Of a stretch of 64,000 bases of DNA, positions 37,697 to 47,995 are shown piece after piece. The first letter of the stretch is position 1; every line of letters begins with the position of its first letter. A program made the translations under genes and the position numbers. This DNA comes from Tricharina praecox (lineage: Eukaryota), in the NCBI RefSeq assembly GCF_024521635.1, contig NW_026250436.1, positions 186,001 through 250,000 of the forward strand, written 5' to 3'. Below the pieces are notes generated by a model, which saw nothing but the letters and a program-made list of their open reading frames with translations, was not told where the DNA came from and did no database searches.

Positions 37697-39690
37697 TTAC
37701 ACCCCTAACACCCCACCCCCAAGCTTCCCAATCTCGTCCTCAATCTCGTCGAGACTCCTACTGAGCGCCTCGACCTCATCGAACCTTCTTCGCTTCTTCG
37801 CCTCCTCCATCATCGCAAGGACAAGGAACTTCTGCTCCTCCAGCACGACGACCACATCCCTTCGCTGGTTGTCCTCGTCGTTCTCCCCCTCTTCCACCGT
37901 TCGGGCGGGGGCTGGAGTGTGGTTCGGGGTGGGTAGCGGTTTCGCCATATTCGGCGGGGCTCTTCCCGTGCGCTGCGCGATCTCCGCCGCGGCCGAAGGG
38001 CGTGTGCTATCGACGACGCGATCGAGCATCATAGCGGCGGACTTAACGCGGAGGCCGACGTCGCGGCCCCAATTTGCGGTGGCGAGGGCGATCGACTTTC
38101 TCAGGCGTTCCTCCGCGCTCCCCTGTGCGGCGGGTTGCCCCGCGATCTGTTTCGCCAGCGCGTCCACCTTCCCAAGGGTTTCGACCACGCGCTTCTTCAT
38201 GCGCACGGCCTCGACGACGGCGACGCGGTCACCCGGCCGCCGCTGTAGGCTATCAACGAGCCGTTGGAACCGTGGGAGTTGCTCTTTGATCCCGTTTTGG
38301 AAGGAGACGAGTGTGGTGTAGGGGCGCACGTAGGAGGGTGTTGTGGAGAGCGAGGCGGCGAAGTCGCGTTTGCTGAAGAGTGTGGTGGCGCAGGGCGTGC
38401 ACATTCGTACGTGGAGGACTGGGCCGTCGGGGGTGGAGAGCGGCTTTTCGGCCGTGGATGGGGCGACGTCGAGCGTGATCTCCTTCGAGCAGAAGGTGCG
38501 GTGGTCGCCGCAGACTATTTTGCCGCAGAGACGGCAGTGGTGCTTGGGAAGCGTGAAGCGCGAGAAGGTTTGGAGGCAGTAGGGACAGGCGGCGACGGCG
38601 GCGTCGTCTTCCCAAGCTACCACGCTCTGCTCGAGGGCTCGTCGCTGGTTTATTAGTGGCTTTGTAAGGCCGCGGATGACGCTCGCTTTGTCGCCGTTGG
38701 CTGTGATGGTCGCCGGTGGGGGGTTGATGAGGAGCTGTGTGAGCTGCAACCAGTCAGCACTTGACCCAGCATGAAACCAGTGAACAAACAAACCTTCGTC
38801 AATCTCTTCTCCAGCCTCGAAACCTCCAAGCACGACCTCTCAACCGTCCTCTTCCTGGCATTCCGGAACATCTCGGTATGATCCCTGACAACACCATGAT
38901 GATCATTATACCCCTCTCGACTCTTGTAGCAAGTCTCGCAGACCCTACTCCAATACCCCCTCACCGGCTCATGCTGCGCACTCCTGCTGAGCCGGATCTG
39001 ATACATCGTATGCTCCTCACAAAAGAGCTTCCCACACTTCCTACAATTGACACAACCATTGACGACGCCCAACGGGCGCTGACAAGTCGGGTCGAGACAG
39101 AAATCATCGCCGTAGGACTTCTGCCAGTGAGCGCGGGTGACGTGGAAGTCCGCGTCGCGCTGCTGCTGCTGCTGCTGGTGTGGCTGCTGGTAGCCCTGCT
39201 GCGGGTCACCGGGGAGGTCGTTCGCCTCGAAGACGTCGAGGCCCTTCAGCTTCTGGTTCAGCACTGCGACCGGCTGGAACGCTTTGGCTTTCAGCATGCG
39301 CTTGCGGAACCACGTGGTGATGTCGTCTTTTTCCAGCGATTCGACTTCGGCGTGCGTATCGTCGAGGTGGCGGTTCAGCTGCAGGAGCGTGACCTGTCTC
39401 CGCCGTTAGCATGGCCCACGCACGGCGACGCACAATGCACGACGGGTATCTACCATCTCCTCCGAGCAAATAGGACAGACGAGCGCCGACCCTCGCGAGA
39501 TTTCGGACGTGGCGGTGAGCGACACCTCCGAGGCGGAGGGCGAGAGGCGGCCGCCGTTGGAGGCATTTCGGTTGGAAGCTTGCAGTGACGACGAGGGGTT
39601 GGAGCTGCCAAGCACTCGGCGGGTGACGCGTGGGATCTGCTTGGGGTGAGGGTGAAGATGCGATGGCGGCGATGGACGCGGGGAGGCCAT
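37697..39690 (-). CDS. PEP7: Pep7/Vac1 (rabenosyn-5 homologue), FYVE-domain Rab5 effector, 3 exons
   Basis: C2H2 finger CPIC...LLQLNRHLDDTH split by an intron. FYVE1 (HWQ...NCRKCGKLFCEEH...RVCETC), FYVE2 (WEDD...HHCRLCGKIVC), and C-terminal Rab-binding helix (EQKFLV...RRFDEV). Confidence 0.92.
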
Positions 39691-40515
39691 TGTCTGTCGG
39701 TCGGTCTATCTGTCTGTCGTGTTCTCGGCAAGCAAGCAGTCGGTGGTGTTGGGGTTGGGTACGGGGGTTGACGGAGCTTGCTTGCTCGCGCTCACGGCTG
39801 ATGAGAGAGCTATGGATCTTGCTTGCTCGCACTGGCACACTACTCGATGCGGTAAATTCAGAAGCACATCATAGATTGATGAAGTAATCAGCTGAGCGGA
39901 CGCGTAGTCAGCGTGCAGACAGAGCAGAGGAGAGCAGAGCTTTATGCAACGGCCTAAGCACAGATCTATGCGATGCTTCACATGTTCTGCTGGTCCCCCG
40001 CACATGCACAGCACCTTCAGGCAGCTGTCGTGACCGACTCAAAGTCAAATTGTCCAAACGAAAGAGTCGTCTGCAGCAATGTGGAGCTGAGCACATATTT
40101 ATTACCAACTGCATTCCCCGTTCTTTGATGACAAACGTGGGGTATCCGTCGTTTCTGATAAACATCGCGCAAGTTCTTTGCTCATCCCGATTGTCACAAG
40201 ATCGAGTCCCGGTGTCTTTTCCGCCCACTGCCTCGGAGAAAGTCTGCGCAGAGTGCAGAGCGTTGCATTGCTTGGCGCTCTCGCGTGCTTGCTGCTGCTG
40301 CTGGCGGTACCTAGACCCGACCCGAAGATATGCGACCACCACCTGCACCACCACCACTACAACACTACTTCTTCTCCTCCCTCACCACCGCGCACCGCAC
40401 CAGAAAGCTCTTCACCACCCCCCTCCGCGCCCACCGCCACCACAACTACAACCCCATCCACCACTCCGCACGCGCTTCTGCCCGTACTGTCCCCGCCCAC
40501 TCCCCCCCACAAACC

Positions 40516-41475
40516 ATGTCCAGTCCCACCACCACCACCACGAGACCGACACCCGCGATGTCGCCACCGCCGACGCCCAAAGCCTTGCCCACGCCATCCC
40601 CCTCAACCACACCGATCCCGCCCACCACTGCACACAATTTCCCGCCCGTGCAATCCGGCGGCTCGCTCCTAGTCGCGTATCAAGTGCGGTCCAAGCCGGT
40701 CCTCGTAATCGGCGGCGGCGCCGTCGCCGCCGGGCGCATCCTCAGCCTTCTCAACGCCGACGCGCACGTGCACCTGGTGTGCCCCCTCTCGGGCTGCAAC
40801 GCTGAGGTGCTCCACCGGATCCGCACGTGCCCTTCCAGCTCGTTGACACACCACGACAGCGAGTACGCCCCGTCGTTCATCCACAGCCTCTCGCCGACAC
40901 TCGTCCTGACGGCCATCGACGACCCCCGGGTATCAAGCGAGATCTACACGCTGTGCCACTCGCTGCGCATACCAGTGAACGTCGCCGACGTCCCGCCGGA
41001 GTGCGACTTCTATTTCGGCAGCGTGCACCGTGACGGGCCCTTGCAGGTCATGGTGTCGACCAACGGCAACGGGCCGAAGCTGGCGAATATCGTGCGCCGG
41101 CAGATCGCGAAGGAGCTGCCCGACAACCTCGGCGAGGCGATTACGCGCGTCGGCGTGCTCAGGAAGCGGCTAAGGAAGATTGCGACGAGCCAGGAGGAGG
41201 GCCCGAAAAGGATGGAGTGGATGTCGAGGGTCTGCGAGGAGTGGTCGCTCGCGGACCTGTGTCAGATGGCGGAACCGGAGATGGAGGCGCTGCTGGATGG
41301 GTTCAGGGAGGGACGGGTGCCGACGCTGAGGGAGATCCGGGGGACGCCTGAGGAGGAGGAGGAGGAGGAGGAGGAGGAGGTCTATGATGATGATATCCTT
41401 GACGATGAGGATCTGCTCGATGCGGATAAAATGGTGTTTGAGGAGGCGTTTGATGGGAGTTTTGGATGGTTTTGA
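40516..41475 (+). CDS. MET8: Siroheme biosynthesis precorrin-2 dehydrogenase/ferrochelatase
   Basis: GGSLLVAYQV, Rossmann VLVIGGGAVA, LTAIDDP, PVNVADVPPECDFYFGS and QVMVSTNGNGPKLA. The exact start codon is uncertain. Confidence 0.93.
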   Translation: MSSPTTTTTRPTPAMSPPPTPKALPTPSPSTTPIPPTTAHNFPPVQSGGSLLVAYQVRSKPVLVIGGGAVAAGRILSLLNADAHVHLVCPLSGCNAEVLHRIRTCPSSSLTHHDSEYAPSFIHSLSPTLVLTAIDDPRVSSEIYTLCHSLRIPVNVADVPPECDFYFGSVHRDGPLQVMVSTNGNGPKLANIVRRQIAKELPDNLGEAITRVGVLRKRLRKIATSQEEGPKRMEWMSRVCEEWSLADLCQMAEPEMEALLDGFREGRVPTLREIRGTPEEEEEEEEEEVYDDDILDDEDLLDADKMVFEEAFDGSFGWF

Positions 41476-41906
41476 GGGCGTGGATGTGTGAGGGCATGTG
41501 GATGTATATATGGGGGCGCGTGTAACTTTACGATCGGTTTTCTTTTGCTGCGTGCTGGGTTATGGGTTTGTTTTGTTTGTTATTCTAATGGCTTTATGTA
41601 TGAACGGTGATGGTATGGGAACGGTGGGACGAAATATATCCAACAACTTCACATGAGAGGGTACTCGCACGGCGCGCAATCGATATAATCACAGCCGGTC
41701 ACTTGTCTTTTATAAAGTTGGTGACTTTTGCAAAAGTCAATTCGAATTGAGTTTGGAAAAAGAAGAAATCCCATCGTGAAGGAACCCGAGAAATGGCATT
41801 TATTAAAGATACACCGAAACACGCTCAATTCACGCCCATTGAAACCAAAGCAGACCAACGCCGATCCTTTTTTTATTATTAAACTCGACTATCTAGCGAA
41901 AAACAT

Positions 41907-42612
41907 CTAGTAGAAGCTGTGGTATCCGTTAGCACTTATCCCATCTCACTCGTTCGAGGAGCGCGGAGAACATACAATCCAATGATCTTTCCGGCAACGT
42001 GCTTGCGACGGGCCTCCTCGTGGTCCATGATACCCGCAGAGGTGGTCAGGACGATGTGGCCGAACTGACGCGACGGCAGGAGCTTGGCAACCCACTTCTC
42101 GAGGTCGCCGAGCTTGACGTTGTAGCGCGGGCTGATGCAGCCGGTCTTGTTGATGCGGCCGTTAAGCTGGATCACGATCTTGCCGGAGCGGTGGTCGTCG
42201 ACCTCCTCGAACTCGCCGATGTAACCTGGTATGAAGTGTCAGCGTGTGGCTCCCGGTGTCTACCAGAGCGAGGGCCCAAGAAGGTGGATGGAGACGTGTG
42301 GAAGCCAGTGCGTGTGTGGTGTTCAATGTGCCGGATACTTAAAGGACTAACGTCGTGGGATCGAAACGCTCGTCTAGTTATCAACCCGGGGCGCGCGAGC
42401 GCTGTCCGCACACACACACTGCACATCCTTCCATCCCGCATCCATCCCCTGCACCCTCGCCCCCCACAATCCATCGTACCGTGCTTCTGCATAACGTGCA
42501 AGAACTTGACGATGACCTTCGACGACGGGCGAATGAGGACCTGTCTCTTCCCGGCCTTCTCGGCGTTGTTGATGGCGTTCAAGCAATCGTTGAGGACGGA
42601 AGTCTTGACCAT
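41907..42612 (-). CDS. RPS22: 40S ribosomal protein S22 (uS8/S15a)
   Basis: [38 protein letters not shown]...ISPRYNV...[26 protein letters not shown]. Introns 42226-42479 and 41917-41975, with a probable 5'UTR intron at 42618-42774. Confidence 0.98.
42324..42391 (-). ncRNA. snR44: Intronic H/ACA snoRNA, snR44-like, predicted guide for 18S rRNA pseudouridine ~106
   Basis: Minus-strand hairpin CCGGGT / GATAACT / upper stem / TTTAA / ATCCGG / ACA+3 nt. The pocket strands complement conserved 18S UUAAA-U-C-AGUUAUC, and ACA lies 14 nt from the pocket top. Yeast snR44 is hosted in an RPS22B intron. Confidence 0.8.
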
Positions 42613-44778
42613 GTTTGCTTTGCTCCCCGGGTGGGGGTTTACGTCAGTCGAGCCATTTTGAGTGTCCGAAGCCCTTTCTTTTCTCTTGCGATCATAGTCC
42701 GGGCCATCGGACGAGATGGGAGAAAAGGTAAGGGGGATTCAAAAAGCTCGGGTTTCGAGGCGAGGCGAACTTACCGGTTGGAGGGAGAGGTGCAGGTTTG
42801 TCGACGAGGTTTGCGTGGGCGAAAGGGAGGGTTGGCGGGCGGAAGTTCGTTGTCGTTGTCGTCGGGGATCGGAGGGCGTGATCGCGCTGTGTGCACGATT
42901 GTAAAAAGTCAAGTTGCGTTGTGTGCGTCTTCCGGTTGTGTGGGACTGCGAAATCCTTGCCCTAACTAGAGTACGAGGCACGTGAGCTGCGTGCGAGCTG
43001 CATGGAAACTCACCCGGAAACGCTGCGCAGAACTCGACGCTCAAAAGCGTCAGGGGCAGGGGCTGGATATCGCTAATTACTCTAGCAGCTAACTTGGCCG
43101 TATGCGACCACGACCACAATTCTTTTCTCTCTGTCCCTCTCTCCCTCTGGAGTCTGGATATCGCTAAAGGTTAGCTACTTCTTACTAGTGGTACAGCCAG
43201 TCAAACGGATTCGAAACGACGCTTCCAGTACGGCGTGTCATGCGTCTTCGCTTGACCTCCTACTCTACATACTCTACACACCTACGTGGAGAATTCGGCG
43301 ACGTGGTTCGCATGAAGCTGCGATGCCAACTCCCGTCGAAGCCATCGTCGCCATCGTTAACAAACGGCGGCGAAGGCGAAGGCGACGGGGACAGCAAGAC
43401 AGCAAGGCGCCCAGTGCTCTTTACGACATGCTATGTATGGCATGGTATGATAGGCACCCATCCCAACTATCGTGACATGAGTGCCTACCGGTATCATATC
43501 GATACCCACCTACCATACCCTCCTACCGCATCCATCGCGACTGACCCCAATCCCATCAATCCCACCCCCCTCCTAGATATCCCCCGTCACCCCCCCCCCC
43601 CCCCCCCCCCCCCCCCGACCCCCGACCCGGTCCCCGTTGGCACCAGCAGCAACACCACCAGCACCACCAGCACCAGAACCCGCACCAGAACCACGGATCA
43701 GCACCTGTAGAGATTGGGAACGGCCATAGCGTCTGCCTTTCTACCTACTCTGGTATATCTATAAATGATGTAAATGCTACGCCGCACGCCCCCCGTCCCG
43801 CGCGCCCAGATGTCCCGGTATTCCGTCTCTGGGACTCTGGGACTCCCTCATCATGGCTTTCCAGGCTTTCCAGGCATGGCATGGGTATGACCAGTGCTCG
43901 GCCGGTCGGCGTCGCCCCCAAATTCCACAAATTCTAATACCGCGTCCGGAGATACGGTATTGGGGCGCCGATAGCCAAAGCTCGAGAGCTCGGGAGTGGG
44001 AGAGATATACATAGAGGGCGAGGGAGAGGGACTGAGGGAGAGACACAGAGACAAAGGGAGGGAGATGGAGAGGGAGAGGGAGAGAGCTCACTGGAACCAC
44101 GCACGTACCCTACACACTCTACTCCTCTACTATACTCTACTCACTTACGGTAACTACGACCATGGCCATGACCACGACCAGTTTCTCGGCTCTCTTCCAG
44201 TTCCACTACCACTCCCACTCGCACTCCCACTACATACCAGTCCCACTGCCCACTGCCCACTTCCCACTCCCAACAAGTTATGATTATGATTGGGAGGGTG
44301 AGGGGGGGGGCTGTGATATCATTCAATCATTCAAAAAGTAGTCTGTGCGTACTCTGCGGCGTGCGTGCGAGCGAGGGAGTGTGGGAGCGGGGGTTTCTCG
44401 TGGGTTTTTTGGGGTTGTTTCTTCTAGGTAGTTTTGTTTCCGTTTCCGTTTCCGTTTCTGTTGGATTGGGGCCGTTCGTTTCTTGCTGCTGCTATGATAT
44501 GTGTGTAGAGCGGTGAAGAGAGTGAGTGGCAAAGATGTAGAAAAGTCGCAGAGAATTATGCGTGCATGCATGAAGTGGATAGAGAGGTAGGCATCAGCTT
44601 ACCTTTACAAAGTAGAGTGCGGTACGTGCATTATTCGCACCCTGGACAGGCAACGCCTTGCCTTGTGCTCTCTGCTCTCTGCGCGTGCGGGCGCCAGGGA
44701 AGGAGTGAGGGAGTGTGGGAGTGGGTTGGGTTTGTTGGTGGGGTGGGGTGGGAGGGGGTGCTCGATGTTGGACACGGA

Positions 44779-44845
44779 CACCACCACCACACCACCACCA
44801 CCACCACCACCACCACCACCACCACCACCACCACCACCACCACCA
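44779..44845. repeat. (CAC)n trinucleotide microsatellite
   Basis: Seen directly in intergenic sequence. Confidence 0.9.
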
Positions 44846-47800
44846 CACCACGGTCCACACCACGGTCCACCCACCCACTTTGCTATCCGCCCACTTCTGT
44901 CCTGTCCTGTCCTGTCCTGTCCTGTCTGTCTGTATGCCACTTGCTTTTTGACAGCCATGAAGAAAAGGAAAAGGAAAGGGAAAAAAACAAATGTCTCAGG
45001 AACAGGGACGGGCGAGGTCGGATTCGGAGGAAGCGACGTCCACACACACATATTTGGACAGTTAGGCACTAAATGCGGCGGGACGGGCGGGCGGGAATGT
45101 CACTACGGCATCACAGAGCAGAGCAGAGGAATTGTGCTGAATCCGAATCTCCCACGGGCTGGGGATGGGACGGGGACAGTGAAGCGTGAAGAGAGAGGAA
45201 GCTGTGCCACAGCCGTCCACAGCCGTCCGCAACAACGACGACAGCAACGGCCACGGCCCGATCCAGCGTGCAGAAGAGTCCCGTCCATGGTCCATGGTCC
45301 GCCGTCCATCGTCGTCCGTAGTGCGCCGTCCGTGTTGGTCCAGATGAAACCAGACTCCCCCCCCTTGTACCAACTAACTACGCCCGGAATAGCCGGCACG
45401 TGTGTGGGCACGGATGCAGAATCCAGACAGACATGTTTGCTGCTGCTGCTTTTTCGCTGGGACTGGAACGGAAACGGAAGTGGATCGCGACTGGAGAGAA
45501 GCTGGTGCCCTTCCCTTCCAAGTTGACTTCGCTCGAAACGGGACCGTGCACGGCTTGGGTTGTATATGGTTAACTTGCGTGGGGTTGGTGCGAGGCCTCA
45601 GCAGGTTAGGCGGTCCCAGAAAGTTCATCCTGTTGGTGCAGCTAACCAAACTAGAGTATTCTATTCCTTGCTCTTGCTCTTGCTCCGGCGGCGACGACGA
45701 CAAAGAAGAAGAAGGGCTTTGGGGTTTGGGGTTTGGGGTTTGGGGGTTGTTGTTTGGGGTTGGGGTTGGTGGGCTGAGCTGAGCTGGTGTGGTTCGGTTT
45801 GTGTGGTTTGGTCTTGTTTGGGTCGGAAGGGGGGAGGGTGACGAGATGGGCGCGGCTTATGAACTTATGTTGAGGAGCTGGAACAGGTGCTCTACTCAGC
45901 TGGGAGGAAGGAGGGCAGGAGATAGTAGGCAGAAGGGCAGGAGATAGTAGGCAGAAGACAGGAGGCAGCAGGGCACGCAAAGGCAGATGTCCGCACCGAA
46001 AGAAGGCAGCGAGTGACGGCTGGGCGGGCAGCAATATTAGATATGGTCGGATCGATGTTGGATCTGTTCGTGAGTCGTGACCAGCTGGAAACCTTGGAGT
46101 GCACGCGACGGCAGATGGCCGAAGCGAAAACGAAGGAAAAGAAGTAAAAACTCGGAGGGCGGGCGACGGCAAACAGCCAAGAGGAACAGAAGGCAACGAT
46201 TGACGGCTGGATGGACACCAATGGTCGGATCGATGGTGTTGTTGCGTCTGTTTGTGAAGAGTGCTGGAGCGAGAGAGAGGTCTGGCTCGATTGATCTCTG
46301 GGAGGGAGGGGAGACGTCGTGGCCTGGCCCGGGCCAAACGTCCACTTCAGTCTTTCTCCCCTCCGCCTCCGCCTCTGCCCATCCTCCCTTACTTTGCCTT
46401 GTAGATAGTCTCACTCCCTCCGCTTCCCTATCCCCCTCCTGCTCTCACGTCCCTCCCCCCGTTCTGCTCTACTCTACTCATCCTCCTCGAGGACAATCGA
46501 GCTCTATCACCGCCCCCCACCCGCCTGCCTTATCCCCGGCTGCCTGGTCAACCCTCACATCTTCTGCTGCCACTGCCGCTGTCACTGTCACGGCCACGGC
46601 CTCTGCCACTGCCGCTCACTCCTCCAACTCGGCCACTCCTCCAACTCGGCCACTCGTTCACTCGTTCCCCCATTCACTCTGCACCATCCCCATTCACTCC
46701 TTCAGTCTCAGTCAATCGATCAGCCATTCACCCGCTCAGTCGTTGAGTCGTCCGTTCCTTCACCTTCCCTTCTCATCTTCCCTACTCTATCAGTCATCAT
46801 CGTCACCATACATACCGTCCTCTACACATTACCAGCATCATTAGCCCCCTCCCTCCCCTCCCCGTAATCATCACCACATTTTGCCAGGTCTTCACGACCA
46901 CCATCGTTCCTACCGCGAGTATACTTGGGCAGAGCACAGTAGACTCCCCTTCACTCGCTCACTCGCTCACTCGCTCGCTGCTCACTCTTCACCTTCGCCC
47001 TCACTTCGCCACCTCATCCTCATCCTCATCCTCCTCCTCCTCCCACATTGAGCCCAGCCCAGCCGCCGCCTTCATTGCATCCACGCTCGTTCTTGCTGCA
47101 CAATCACGCACATATGTATACCATCTAAGCATCAGCAGTAGCAGCAAGCACCCCGCATAACATCCACACAAGTCCTCCCATACTCACTCTACATATATAC
47201 CCGCATATCGAAAAACTCCCTAGATCCGGCCGCCGGTTGTTCTTCAGCACCCCTCCCTCCACCCCCATCCCTCCCCGGCGCTTCGCTTGTTTCTCCGGCA
47301 AAAAACGCCCTCTTTTGCCCGCACTGTCTGGCCTGGTCTTGCCTGGCCTTGTCTTGTCGTGTCTTGTCTTTCGTCACCGCCGAACTGGTCCCGTCTCTGT
47401 TGTGCCTGCCTGGCTGGCTGGCCCCGTCACCACCCAACAACAACAACACCCTTTAGAACACACAACATACCAACTTCCTTCACAGTTTTCAACTCGGAAG
47501 CCCCGGCGGTTACGGACAATTCGGTTCGACATCCACCCTCGCCCCCCCTCCCGCCGTCCAATCCAATCCGTTCCGATCCACACCCTCCTCCACTGTTCGC
47601 TGGAGCGCACCAACAGACTCGGACCCACTACCACCTGTCACCACTCGACTATTCTGCAGCTGTCATTTGCTCTACCGCCCAATCTGCGATACGACCGAAC
47701 CACCAACACAATCCCAACCCACCCGCCCGCCGCGACCACGCCGCCGCCGCCATTCCCCAGCTTTTCCCTTTCCCGTCGTGCACACGCACTGCACACGGAT

Positions 47801-47995
47801 AGGCACCCACCGGCATAGGCATAGGCGTAGGCAAGCACACTGGCACTCCTCACCCCCCTAACCCATATACGTCCGGTGCCTTCTCGTAGCGATTTCCATA
47901 GTATATATATACGATTTATATATATACTGACCACCACACCCCACGCGCGACATACTCGCACCCCCCCCCCCCCCCCCCCCCCCTCCCCCTCCGTT

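Noticed and set aside
43000..47900. ORFs with poly-Pro/His/Thr/Trp runs
   Set aside because: Products of CAC/CCA and poly-C simple repeats.
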